This document shows positions 1-9,796 of a DNA stretch of 39,652 nt, piece after piece. Positions within the stretch are counted from its first letter, which is position 1. Each line of letters starts with the position of its first letter. Under the pieces are notes generated by a model, which saw only the letters and a program-made list of their open reading frames with translations, was not told the origin of the DNA and ran no database searches. The stretch is from a virus (Duplodnaviria > Caudoviricetes). The translations under genes and the position numbers were made by a program. The stretch is taken from positions 1 to 39,652 of IMG/VR virus record IMGVR_UViG_3300032233_001177; one strand, 5' to 3'.

Positions 1-2
1 AC

Positions 3-1106
3 CTGTGGGCAACTGCTACTACTGGTACTGCTTCTGCTACTTTTAGTGTTAACGAAGGTCTGGTTAATCTAACAGTGAATAATGCTTCTGGGGCACAAGT
101 TATTCGTGAGACCACAAAAGTATCTTCGTATCAGCCAGGTAAATCTTTGCTTGTGATGAATACCTTTGTTCCTGCCACACCGAAAGCAAACCTGAGACAG
201 AGAGTTGGATATTTTGGTGCTGACAATGGAATGTATTTTGAGATTAATGGCACGACACCTTACTTTGTAGAAAGGAGTTTATCTACTGGAACTCAAACAG
301 AAGTAGCACAAGCAAATTGGAATGGTGATAAGTTAAATGGAACTGGTCCGTCTGGTATTACATTAGATACAACCAAAGCACAAATCATTTGGATGGATAT
401 TGAATGGTTAGGTCTTGGTACTGTAAGAATGGGATTTGTAATAAACGGACAGTTTATTCTCTGTCATTCATTCCACCACGCAAATGTAATTACATCAACT
501 TATATTACAACAGCATCACTTCCTTTGAGATATGAGCTTACTAATACTGGTGCTACAAGTGGTAGTAGCACGATGAAGCAAGTTTGCTCTACTGCCATTT
601 CCGAAGGTGGTTATGAACTTAGTGGAATACAGCAGGCAGTTGGTATACCAATCAATTCCCCAAGAACATTAGGAACTGCGGGAACATTTTATCCCATAGT
701 ATCTTTGCGTCTCAAAACATCACCAAATCGTTTAGATGCTATTGTAATTCTCACAGCACTTTCTATAATGCCAATTACCACTGGTAATTATAATTGGCAA
801 GTACGTGCCACTGGTACTACTACTGGTGGAACTTGGACGAGTGCTGGTGATGATAGTGCTGTTGATTATAACATCACTGGCACTTCTTTTGCTGGGGGAA
901 GGATACTAGCAAGTGGATTTTTTAACGCATCAAATCAAGGAGCAAGTCAAGTTGATATTCTGAAAGAAGCATTATTTAAGTTTCAGTTAGAAAGAAATGG
1001 ATTAACTGGAAGTCCTTATGAACTTACACTTGTGGTTGCTTCTGATGCTGTTGGTGGTGATGATACTGTTGTTGCTTCTATGGACTGGGAAGAAATCTCT
1101 AGATAA
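3..1106 (+). CDS. Hypothetical beta-rich (Thr/Gly/Ser) protein, probably virion structural; 5' truncated by window edge
   Basis: Frame is open from position 3, upstream of the track's GTG at 75; T/G/S-rich composition; lies ahead of the late gene block. Confidence 0.6.
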   Translation: MWATATTGTASATFSVNEGLVNLTVNNASGAQVIRETTKVSSYQPGKSLLVMNTFVPATPKANLRQRVGYFGADNGMYFEINGTTPYFVERSLSTGTQTEVAQANWNGDKLNGTGPSGITLDTTKAQIIWMDIEWLGLGTVRMGFVINGQFILCHSFHHANVITSTYITTASLPLRYELTNTGATSGSSTMKQVCSTAISEGGYELSGIQQAVGIPINSPRTLGTAGTFYPIVSLRLKTSPNRLDAIVILTALSIMPITTGNYNWQVRATGTTTGGTWTSAGDDSAVDYNITGTSFAGGRILASGFFNASNQGASQVDILKEALFKFQLERNGLTGSPYELTLVVASDAVGGDDTVVASMDWEEISR

Positions 1107-1130
1107 ATAGTACATAGAAGAATAATTACC

Positions 1131-1952
1131 ATGGCAAAAAAGAGAGTACCTACAGAACAAGAAATTGCTAAGAAGCATGGTGTTGATGTTGATTACGTCA
1201 TTCGTCAAGCAGAAGTAGGTTCTACTGTAGAACGTGAGCACGTAACTGACCATAAAGCAGCATACGGTATTGCTCTTCAGCACATCGCAGAATTCCCCGA
1301 TTACTACAAGCACTTACTATCCATGGAAAAGTCCCTTAAGAAAGAGTGGGAAAAGAAGAAACCCATCAAAGAAAACCACATTGCTATCAACAATGGTACT
1401 GAACTTGATGATGAAGGTGCAATGGCACTTGGACAACTTGATGAGATTGAAATGTATATCAAGATGCTTCGTGAAACAATCAAGTCTCCAGACTATCAAC
1501 TTCCTGGTTGGGTTCAGGCAAAACTAGCACTTGCAACTCATAATCTTAATGCTGCTGCGATGTATCTCAGAAGCAATCATGAAGAAGGTGTAAATGAAGC
1601 ATGTTGGAAAGGATACAAGCAATATGGCATGAAGAAGAAAGGTGGACGTAAAGTTCCCAACTGTGTGCCAGAAGGTATGATGTCTTTTAGTGATTATATT
1701 GAAGAGGTTGCATCATGGCAACGTTCAGAAGGTAAGAACAAAAATGGTGGACTTAACGAAAAGGGACGCAAATCTTACGAAGCAGAAAATCCTGGAAGTG
1801 ACCTTAAGGCACCTTCAAAAAAGGTTGGAAATCCCCGCAGGAAGAGCTTTTGTGCAAGAATGAGAGGTATGAAGGAGAAACTAACTTCTAAGAAAACTGC
1901 AAGTGACCCAGATTCTCGCATAAATAGGTCGTTACGTGCGTGGAACTGCTAA
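1131..1952 (+). CDS. Multi-module late protein (DUF5661-like N-terminus, CWxGY motif, DUF6321-like basic C-terminus); candidate internal head polyprotein
   Basis: VEREH...IALQHIAEFPDYY; ACWKGYKQ..KKK..VPNCVP; WQRSEGKN..GGLNEKGR..RRKSFCARM..AWNC; late promoter TAAATA at 1104-1109. Confidence 0.7.
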   Translation: MAKKRVPTEQEIAKKHGVDVDYVIRQAEVGSTVEREHVTDHKAAYGIALQHIAEFPDYYKHLLSMEKSLKKEWEKKKPIKENHIAINNGTELDDEGAMALGQLDEIEMYIKMLRETIKSPDYQLPGWVQAKLALATHNLNAAAMYLRSNHEEGVNEACWKGYKQYGMKKKGGRKVPNCVPEGMMSFSDYIEEVASWQRSEGKNKNGGLNEKGRKSYEAENPGSDLKAPSKKVGNPRRKSFCARMRGMKEKLTSKKTASDPDSRINRSLRAWNC

Positions 1953-2056
1953 TGTCTAAGTCACCAAACAAGGGTAAGAAAGGAACTCCTGGTGGAAAAC
2001 AAAACCAGGGAAACGCAACTGCAAAGAAAGCAAAGAACGGTGGTAAGAAAAAATGA
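1952..2056 (+). CDS. 34-aa Lys/Gly-rich basic microprotein (MSKSPNKGKKGTPGGKQNQGNATAKKAKNGGKKK)
   Basis: Not in track; exactly fills the gap, with a TAATG overlap upstream and an ATGA overlap downstream. Confidence 0.65.
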   Translation: MSKSPNKGKKGTPGGKQNQGNATAKKAKNGGKKK

Positions 2057-2487
2057 GTTTGAAAGACCCCTATATCTATCGTGTTAAATCTGTAAATAAA
2101 GTTGTTGATGGTGATACTATCGATGTTGATATTGATTTGGGATTTGACGTTTCACTTGCAAAGAGAGTTCGTCTTGCTGGCGTAGATACTCCAGAATCCA
2201 GAACCAAAGATGAATATGAAAAGAAATTGGGTCTAGAAGCAAAAGAGTGGTTGAAGCATCACTTAGAAGGAGCAAAAGATATTTTAATTAAAACAGAATT
2301 GCCAGACAGTACTGAAAAGTATGGACGTATTCTTGGATGGTTATATGTAAATAATGAATTAGTATCTTTAAATGAAAAGATGATTCAAGAAGGATATGCT
2401 TGGACTTATCTTGGAGATACTAAAGTAAAGAATTTTGCATTGTTGGAAGCAAAACGTAAAGGAGTAAGTGACAATAGGAATATCTAA
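2053..2487 (+). CDS. Thermonuclease (staphylococcal nuclease-like) family protein
   Basis: VVDGDTI, VRLAGVDTPE, EKYGRILG, LNEKMIQEGYA motifs. Confidence 0.9.
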   Translation: MSLKDPYIYRVKSVNKVVDGDTIDVDIDLGFDVSLAKRVRLAGVDTPESRTKDEYEKKLGLEAKEWLKHHLEGAKDILIKTELPDSTEKYGRILGWLYVNNELVSLNEKMIQEGYAWTYLGDTKVKNFALLEAKRKGVSDNRNI

Positions 2488-2490
2488 TTT

Positions 2491-4140
2491 ATGAAACCTG
2501 ATGATATCTATCTTGGCAATCCCAATCTAAAAAAAGCAAACGTAAATATTGAATTCACTCAAGAACAAGTTGAGGAATTTATTAAGTGTTCAGAGGAACC
2601 AGTTTACTTTGCGAAGAAATATATTAAAATTGTTTCTCTTGATGAGGGATTAATCCCATTTAAGATGTGGGATTTTCAGGAGAAACTCATTGAGAACTTC
2701 CATACTAATAGATTCAATATTGCAAAATTGCCTCGTCAGACTGGTAAATCTACTACGGTAGTTTCTTACCTACTACACTATGCAATTTTCAATCCAAATA
2801 TTAAAATTGCCATTCTAGCAAACAAGGCAGAAACATCTAGAGAACTTCTATCTCGTTTGCAGTTATCCTATGAGAATCTTCCCAAGTGGATGCAGCATGG
2901 GGTTATATCATGGAACAAAGGTTCAGTTGAATTAGAGAACGGTTCTAAAATTATCGCTGCCTCAACGTCTTCTAGTGCAGTCCGAGGTAACTCTTTCAAC
3001 ATCATCTTCTTGGACGAATTTGCGTTCATCCCAAATAATATTGCGGAGCAGTTTTTCTCATCCGTATATCCTACTATCTCATCTGGTAAGTCAACTAAAG
3101 TTATTATCATCTCAACACCAAATGGGATGAACATGTTCTATAAACTCTGGCATGATGCCGAGAGAAATAAGAATAGTTATATTCCATTGGAAGTACATTG
3201 GTCCAATGTTCCAGGTAGAGATGCCAAATGGAAGGAAGAGACAATACGAAATACATCTCTTCGTCAGTTCACTCAAGAATTCGAATGCGAATTCCTAGGG
3301 TCAGTTGATACACTTATCAACCCAGCCAAACTCAGGAACATGGTTTATGAAGACCCAATCATGACCAATAAAGGATTAGATATATATGAAGATGCTAAAC
3401 CAAATCATCAGTATATTTTATGCGTAGATACATCTAGGGGAACTAGTCAGGATTATTCTGCGTTTATCATTGTAGATATAACTACAATTCCATACAATAT
3501 CGTAGGTAAATACAAGAACAATGACATTAAACCAATACTCTTACCAAATGTAATTCATGATGTGGCCAAAAATTATAACCATGCCTATATACTAATAGAA
3601 GTCAATGATATTGGCGCACAAGTTGCTGATATTTTGCAGTATGATTTAGAGTATGATAACTTATTAATGTGTTCCATGCGCGGCCGTGCGGGACAACTTG
3701 TAGGGTCTGGATTCAGTGGTAAAAAGGCTTCCCTTGGAGTTCGAATGACCTCCGCCGTTAAAAAAGTAGGATGTTCTAATTTAAAAGCGTTAATTGAAGA
3801 AGATAAACTAATCGTAAAAGACTACGATATCATCAGCGAACTAACCACTTTTATCCAAAAGGGCAACTCATTTGAAGCGGAAGAAGGATGTAATGATGAC
3901 CTTGCAATGTCCCTTGTTATATTCTCGTGGTTAGCGATGCAACCCTATTTTAGGGAAATGACAAACAATGATGTTCGTCAAAGAATTTATGATGACCAAA
4001 GAGAGGCAATTGAAGCAGATATGGCTCCTTTTGGTTTCATATTAGATGGTACAGAAGAAGAATCTTTTGTAGACAATAATGGCGATAGATGGCATCTAGA
4101 TGAGTATGGGGACAGAGCTTTCATGTGGGATTACATCTAA
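2491..4140 (+). CDS. gp17: Terminase large subunit
   Basis: PRQTGKST Walker A, IIFLDEFAF Walker B, STPNG motif III, C-terminal nuclease with DDLAM. Confidence 0.97.
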   Translation: MKPDDIYLGNPNLKKANVNIEFTQEQVEEFIKCSEEPVYFAKKYIKIVSLDEGLIPFKMWDFQEKLIENFHTNRFNIAKLPRQTGKSTTVVSYLLHYAIFNPNIKIAILANKAETSRELLSRLQLSYENLPKWMQHGVISWNKGSVELENGSKIIAASTSSSAVRGNSFNIIFLDEFAFIPNNIAEQFFSSVYPTISSGKSTKVIIISTPNGMNMFYKLWHDAERNKNSYIPLEVHWSNVPGRDAKWKEETIRNTSLRQFTQEFECEFLGSVDTLINPAKLRNMVYEDPIMTNKGLDIYEDAKPNHQYILCVDTSRGTSQDYSAFIIVDITTIPYNIVGKYKNNDIKPILLPNVIHDVAKNYNHAYILIEVNDIGAQVADILQYDLEYDNLLMCSMRGRAGQLVGSGFSGKKASLGVRMTSAVKKVGCSNLKALIEEDKLIVKDYDIISELTTFIQKGNSFEAEEGCNDDLAMSLVIFSWLAMQPYFREMTNNDVRQRIYDDQREAIEADMAPFGFILDGTEEESFVDNNGDRWHLDEYGDRAFMWDYI

Positions 4141-4151
4141 AAACACTAAAT

Positions 4152-4159
4152 TATAAATA
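4152..4159 (+). promoter_or_regulatory. T4-type late promoter TATAAATA (gp18); representative of a set
   Basis: TAAATA recurs intergenically at 1104, 4154, 7212, 8896, 9750, 10840, 12315, 27040, 30213, 37797 and 39550. Confidence 0.85.
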
Positions 4160-4202
4160 TTTTTAGTAATAAACCTCGAAATTCTTCAGGAGAATAAGAC
4201 AC

Positions 4203-6434
4203 ATGGCAACCAGTCAGTTTTCGCCAGGGGTACTAATTCAGGAGAGGGACCTAACTACAGGTAGCACTCTCTCGAACCCTACATTTGCCGCAATTGCGGG
4301 ACCTTTTTCACAAGGCCCAGTTGAGGAAGTCAGAATCATCACCAATGAGAGGCAGTTTGTCTCGGTATTTGGCAAACCAAATAACAGTAACTTTGAGTAC
4401 TGGTTTGCGGCTGCTCAATACCTCCTATACGGTGGTGCTATTAAAGTTATCCGTACAAACGGAAGCGGTTTAAAGAATGCAGTATCTAACGGTACTTCAG
4501 TTAAAATTAATAATATTGTTTCATACGAAACTTCATTTGAAACTGGTTCAAACACTTGGTACTATGCTGCTAAGACTCCAGGTACATACGCGAATGGACT
4601 TCGTGTTTATGTCACTGATGCTGGTGCAGACCAAGTTTTGACACTTGCAGCTCCTTCTTCTGGTGATGAATGGAAGTTTGTCAAGAGTGCTGCAGTTTCT
4701 ACTGCTAATGGTGCTGCTGGTAAAGTTTTCAAATATAGTTTAAAAGTTACAGTAAGTTCAGCAGTTGTCGGAACATTTGTTCCTGGTGCTGCAACAATCG
4801 GCGGTGGTGCTTGCACAATTCTTGCTTGGGACCCAACAACTAGAGTTGCTGAAGTAGAACTAAATGGTTCATATACTGGTATTGTAGATACTTCAGATAC
4901 TTTAGTTCAGTCTTCTGTTGGTGCATCTGGTGCAGTAAGTGCAGTTTCAAGACAACTACTTGTAGTTCTAAACAAGGGTTCGATTGAATTTTCAACTGGA
5001 AACTTAACCGATGCTAACAGCAACACTGCTGCAATTAGCACTGCTGCAAACGAGTATCTAATCAGAGAAGTTCTCCCAGGTCTTAAGTGGTATACAGTTG
5101 CAACTCGTCCAGGAACTTCTCCTTATGTTGCAGGAAAGAATGGATATAGGGATGAACTTCATGTTGTTGTAGTTGATGTAACTGGTACTATTACTGGTAC
5201 TCCAAATACAATCGTAGAAAAATTTGTTGGTCTATCAAAAGCAACCGATGCTAAGACAACCAACGGAGAATCAAACTACTATAAAACTGCTCTTAAGAAT
5301 CGTTCAGCATACCTATATCAAGGTACTCACGACCAAGTTAATGCATTCACCGTAGGTGGTAGTGCAGCTGCTGGTTACTGGGGTCAGGCTGCAGCAAACT
5401 TAAACTTCAACCTCATCCAAAGTGATGCTGGTCTTACAGATTCTATCAGTGGCGCTGTATCAGTTGGTTCTGCTAAAAATTCAACTGTAGAATATGTATT
5501 TGGTTCTGGTTCATCTGCTGGTGTCGATGCAAATACTCCAACTTCAGCTGAAAGACTTACCGCTTTCAATTTAATTGCTGACCCAGAAGTTGAGACATTA
5601 GATTTCATTATTCCTGGACCTATGGGTTCAACTGAAACTGAAGCTCTTACAATTGCAACTGGACTTGTTAATATTGCAGAAACAAGAAAAGATTGCATGG
5701 TATTCTTCTCACCACTCAGAGACCATGTTGTTGGGGTAACTGATACCGATGTAGCAACAATTAATATTGTTAATTTCTTCAAGAAGTTCCCAAGTTCTTC
5801 ATATGCAGTTTTAGATTCTGGATATAAGTACATCTATGATAAGTATAGCGATGTATATCGTTATATTCCTTGCAACTCAGACGTAGCTGGTCTATGTCTC
5901 AATACTGCAATTGTCTCCGACCCATGGTATTCACCTGCTGGATTCCAAAGAGGTGTTTTGAGAAACGCAATTAGACTTGCTTATACACCTAATAAGCAAC
6001 AGAGAGATTCTCTTTATATTGAAAGAGTTAATCCTATCGTTTCCTTCCCTGGTCAAGGAATCCTCCTATTTGGAGATAAGACTGCTCTTGGATATTCATC
6101 TGCATTTGACAGAATCAATGTTCGTCGCCTCTTCCTTGTTATTGAAAAAGTTGTGGCAAATGTTTCTAAGGGTCTTCTATTTGACCTCAATGATGAAACT
6201 TCAAGGTCAACATTTAGAAATATTGTTGAACCATATCTTCGTGATGTACAAGGTAGAAGAGGTCTTACAGATTTCTTAGTTAAGTGTGATGCAGAAAATA
6301 ATACTCCTGAGTCAATTGATAGAGGAGAATTCTATGCTGAAATTTACCTAAAACCAGCAAGAACGATTAATTACATCACCGTTTCTTTCATTGCGACAAG
6401 AACTGGTGTTGCATTTAGCGAAGTCGCATCTTGA
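4203..6434 (+). CDS. gp18: Tail sheath protein
   Basis: SPGV..ERDLT N-terminus; PWYSPAG, GDKT, FDRINVRRLF; position after gp17. Confidence 0.97.
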   Translation: MATSQFSPGVLIQERDLTTGSTLSNPTFAAIAGPFSQGPVEEVRIITNERQFVSVFGKPNNSNFEYWFAAAQYLLYGGAIKVIRTNGSGLKNAVSNGTSVKINNIVSYETSFETGSNTWYYAAKTPGTYANGLRVYVTDAGADQVLTLAAPSSGDEWKFVKSAAVSTANGAAGKVFKYSLKVTVSSAVVGTFVPGAATIGGGACTILAWDPTTRVAEVELNGSYTGIVDTSDTLVQSSVGASGAVSAVSRQLLVVLNKGSIEFSTGNLTDANSNTAAISTAANEYLIREVLPGLKWYTVATRPGTSPYVAGKNGYRDELHVVVVDVTGTITGTPNTIVEKFVGLSKATDAKTTNGESNYYKTALKNRSAYLYQGTHDQVNAFTVGGSAAAGYWGQAAANLNFNLIQSDAGLTDSISGAVSVGSAKNSTVEYVFGSGSSAGVDANTPTSAERLTAFNLIADPEVETLDFIIPGPMGSTETEALTIATGLVNIAETRKDCMVFFSPLRDHVVGVTDTDVATINIVNFFKKFPSSSYAVLDSGYKYIYDKYSDVYRYIPCNSDVAGLCLNTAIVSDPWYSPAGFQRGVLRNAIRLAYTPNKQQRDSLYIERVNPIVSFPGQGILLFGDKTALGYSSAFDRINVRRLFLVIEKVVANVSKGLLFDLNDETSRSTFRNIVEPYLRDVQGRRGLTDFLVKCDAENNTPESIDRGEFYAEIYLKPARTINYITVSFIATRTGVAFSEVAS

Positions 6435-6473
6435 TTATTGTAAATTTAACACCAACTAAGGAGAAACAAGACA

Positions 6474-7193
6474 ATGGCAAGTTCAACAGGCGGCAGTGCC
6501 GCAAAAACGGATAAGAATATCCACGGAAGACTATTAAGTTTCAAGGCTAATTCAAACCTTGATTATGCAAGACCCAATCTATTCCAAGTAGACATTGAGT
6601 TCCCAACTGCAGTTGCAGCAACCCTTTCATCTTCAGCTGCTGGTGGAGCAGCTGCTGCTACTGGTGGTAGTGCAACTGGTTTACCTTCAGATATGAAGAA
6701 ACTTGCTGGTTATACCATCAAGGCAGCAAACCTTCCTGCATCAACAATTGGTGTAGTTGAAGTTCCTTTCAGAGGAAGAATGCTCAAGATTGCTGGTGAC
6801 AGAACATTTGAACCATGGACAATCACTATTAATAACGATACCGCATTCAGATTAAGGTCTGCATTTGAAAAGTGGATGGAGTGCATCCAACTTTATGAAG
6901 AGAACGCAACTGCTTTGGGATATGGAACTTCACCTTTTGCTGGAACAGGTGGTGGTTCAACTGCAGTTGATTACCTAAACTATATGTCAAATATGAAGGT
7001 AACTCAATTAGACAGAAGAGGTAATGCAATTAGAACTTATCAGTTCTATCAAGTATGGCCTTCAAACATTGCAGCAATTGATTTAGATTTCGGAAGCAAC
7101 GATGCAATCGAAGAGTTCACTGTTGAATTACAAGTTCAATACTGGGCACCTGTACAAGCAGGAGTCGATAACGAAATTGACCCATCTGCTTGA
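6474..7193 (+). CDS. gp19: Tail tube protein
   Basis: ARPNLFQV, VPFRGR.LKIAGDRTFEPWTITI.ND, IEEFTVE..VQYW. Confidence 0.96.
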   Translation: MASSTGGSAAKTDKNIHGRLLSFKANSNLDYARPNLFQVDIEFPTAVAATLSSSAAGGAAAATGGSATGLPSDMKKLAGYTIKAANLPASTIGVVEVPFRGRMLKIAGDRTFEPWTITINNDTAFRLRSAFEKWMECIQLYEENATALGYGTSPFAGTGGGSTAVDYLNYMSNMKVTQLDRRGNAIRTYQFYQVWPSNIAAIDLDFGSNDAIEEFTVELQVQYWAPVQAGVDNEIDPSA

Positions 7194-7254
7194 GCACTAT
7201 AATAAAATTGCTAAATAGTGTTGGATTAAACTTCGATGCTATCAGGTTTTTAGG

Positions 7255-8898
7255 ATGTCACAATTATTTGGATACTCTATAGAGAGAGCAAAGAAGGTTC
7301 CGAAAGGGCCTTCTTTTGTGCAGAGAGATAACTCAGACGGTGCAACACCTATTGCAGCTGGCGGGTACTATGGTCATTACGTTGATATTGATGGCACAGT
7401 AAAAAATGAATGGGAATTAATTACTCGTTATAGAGATATGATTCTGCAACCAGAGTGTGACTCTGCTGTTGATGATGTCGTTAACGAGTCAATTTGTGGT
7501 AACTACAATGATGTTCCCATTGAAATCAATTTACAAAATATTAAAGGGATAAGCGAAAAAGTAAAAAAACTTATTTCTGAAGAATTTGATTATGTATTAG
7601 AACTTTTGGATTTTGAAAATAAATCTTATGATATTTTTCGTCGTTGGTATGTAGATGGAAGATTATTTTATCATAAGGTGATTGACCCAAAAAATGTTGG
7701 TGAAGGTATAATTGAATTAAGATATATTGACCCAAGAAAAATTCGTAAAGTTGTAGAGATAGAAACAACTCCATCAAGAACAAATCCTTCTGACCCACAA
7801 GAAGCATTTACTCAAAAGTCAGTAGAATATTTCATATACAACGGCAAAGGACTTAAGGCTGGGGATACTCAAGGAATTAAAATTGCTAAGGATGCAATAA
7901 CATTTATTCATTCTGGTATCTTTGATATGAATAAGAACATGGTTCTTTCATATCTTCATAAAGCAATTAAGGCAGTGAACCAACTCAGAATGATTGAGGA
8001 TTCACTTGTCATTTACAGATTATCGCGTGCGCCAGAACGTAGAATTTTCTATATTGATGTTGGCAATCTCCCAAAGATTAAGGCAGAGCAATATCTTCGT
8101 GAAGTCATGTCTCGTTATCGTAATAAGTTGGTGTATGATGCATCAACTGGCGAGATTAAAGATGACCGTAAGTTCATGAGTATGTTAGAAGATTTCTGGC
8201 TTCCTAGAAGAGAAGGTGGTAGAGGAACAGAAATCACAACTCTTCCTGGTGGTCAAAATCTTGGAGAACTTGAGGATGTTAAGTATTTCCAAAAGAAACT
8301 TTATAAGGCACTTAATGTTCCTTCCTCAAGATTAGAAACAGAAACAACATTTAATATTGGTCGTTCTACAGAAATTACAAGAGATGAACTGAAGTTTCAA
8401 AAATTCATCAATCGTCTCCGTAAGCAATTTTCTGGATTATTTTCTGATATTTTAAAGACTCAATTAATTCTAAAGGGTGTTATAACACTAGAAGATTGGG
8501 ATGAAATTAAGAATCATATTCAATTTGATTTTGTTGCAGACAATTACTTCAATGAACTCAAAAATATGGAGATGCTCAACGAAAGACTAAATCTTGTTTC
8601 TGCTATGGACCCATATGTTGGTAAGTACTTCTCAATTGAACAGATTCGTCGTAATGTTCTCCAACAATCCGATAGAGAACTTAAGGAAATTGATAAGCAA
8701 ATTGAAAAGGAAATGGCGGACGGAAAAATTATGGACCCCAATGCGATGGTGGACCCAGCAACTGGCCAACCAATGGACCCTAATGCAATGCCTCCTCAAG
8801 ATGCTGGAGCATTACCACCAGCCCAAGAAGGTGGACCTCAAGTTGGTGATGGTGCTGTAGAGGCAGACCCAAAAGACTTGAAAAAAGCAGAATTCTAA
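7255..8898 (+). CDS. gp20: Portal vertex protein
   Basis: WYVDGR, YRLSRAPERRIFYIDVGNLPK.KAEQYL, EDFWLPRREGGRGTEI. Confidence 0.98.
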   Translation: MSQLFGYSIERAKKVPKGPSFVQRDNSDGATPIAAGGYYGHYVDIDGTVKNEWELITRYRDMILQPECDSAVDDVVNESICGNYNDVPIEINLQNIKGISEKVKKLISEEFDYVLELLDFENKSYDIFRRWYVDGRLFYHKVIDPKNVGEGIIELRYIDPRKIRKVVEIETTPSRTNPSDPQEAFTQKSVEYFIYNGKGLKAGDTQGIKIAKDAITFIHSGIFDMNKNMVLSYLHKAIKAVNQLRMIEDSLVIYRLSRAPERRIFYIDVGNLPKIKAEQYLREVMSRYRNKLVYDASTGEIKDDRKFMSMLEDFWLPRREGGRGTEITTLPGGQNLGELEDVKYFQKKLYKALNVPSSRLETETTFNIGRSTEITRDELKFQKFINRLRKQFSGLFSDILKTQLILKGVITLEDWDEIKNHIQFDFVADNYFNELKNMEMLNERLNLVSAMDPYVGKYFSIEQIRRNVLQQSDRELKEIDKQIEKEMADGKIMDPNAMVDPATGQPMDPNAMPPQDAGALPPAQEGGPQVGDGAVEADPKDLKKAEF

Positions 8899-8924
8899 AT
8901 AATTACTAAAGGAGACTACTTATT

Positions 8925-9089
8925 ATGACTACGGAAATTTTTGATAGTATTTTTGCAAAGAATAATGCATATACTATTGACTTAGTTAATGATGTTCTTC
9001 AAACGAAAGCATTTGATTTGATTCAACAAAGAAAAGTTGACGTTGCTCAAACCCTATTCAATCAAGCAGTATCAGAGGAAGAAGAATGA
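8925..9089 (+). CDS. 54-aa prohead core protein, gp67-like
   Basis: Not in track; MTTEIFDSIF...QQRKVDVAQTLFNQAVSEEEE; late promoter 8896-8901, SD AAGGAG, ATGA overlap with gp21; syntenic position and acidic tail. Confidence 0.75.
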   Translation: MTTEIFDSIFAKNNAYTIDLVNDVLQTKAFDLIQQRKVDVAQTLFNQAVSEEEE

Positions 9090-9736
9090 TGAAGCTCATT
9101 ACGGAACAAATCGAAGATATTCAACTTATCACCGAAGAATCCGAAGGTGGTAGAAAGAACTACTTTATTGAAGGTATTTTCTTACAAGGAAACATTACCA
9201 ATCGTAATGGTAGAAATTATCCTGTAAATATCCTTGAGCGAGAAGTTGCTAAATATAATGAGAGTTTCATTACCGCTGGTAGAGCTCTCGGTGAACTTGG
9301 TCATCCAGATGGTCCAACCATCAACCTTGACCGAGTATCGCATAAAATTGTTTCCCTACAAAAAGAGGGTAACAACTTCATCGGTAAAGCAAAACTTTTA
9401 GAAACCCCCATGGGTAAAATTGCTAAGAGTTTACTTGATGACGGTGTGAAACTCGGAGTTTCTTCTAGAGGTCTCGGTTCTATTGTCGAGAAAGATGGAA
9501 TTAACTTTGTTGGAGAAGACTTTATGCTTGCAACTGCTGCGGATATCGTAGCAGACCCATCTGCTCCTGATGCTTTTGTTGAGGGAATCATGGAAGGTAG
9601 AGAATGGATTTGGGAAAGTGGTATGTTGAGAGAAGTTGAAATCAACCGAATCAAGAACTACATTAACGAATCAAATCGTATGGACTTACAGGAACGCAAA
9701 CTCAAAGCGTTTGCTTCATTCCTAAAAGGTCTATAA
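9086..9736 (+). CDS. gp21: Prohead core protease
   Basis: NRNGR.Y, ALGELGHP, GVSSRGLGS, DIVADPSAPDA. Confidence 0.97.
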   Translation: MMKLITEQIEDIQLITEESEGGRKNYFIEGIFLQGNITNRNGRNYPVNILEREVAKYNESFITAGRALGELGHPDGPTINLDRVSHKIVSLQKEGNNFIGKAKLLETPMGKIAKSLLDDGVKLGVSSRGLGSIVEKDGINFVGEDFMLATAADIVADPSAPDAFVEGIMEGREWIWESGMLREVEINRIKNYINESNRMDLQERKLKAFASFLKGL

Positions 9737-9747
9737 AATATCTAATA

Positions 9748-9755
9748 TATAAATA
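9748..9755 (+). promoter_or_regulatory. Late promoter TATAAATA (gp22)
   Basis: Exact T4 consensus in the gp21-gp22 gap. Confidence 0.85.
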
Positions 9756-9796
9756 ATTAAACGAAATTCCCGTAAACTAGGCAGGAGACAACTCAA

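Noticed and set aside
8728-8790. MDP repeats at the portal C-terminus as a repeat array
   Set aside because: Short Pro-rich coding low-complexity tail, ordinary for this type of gp20
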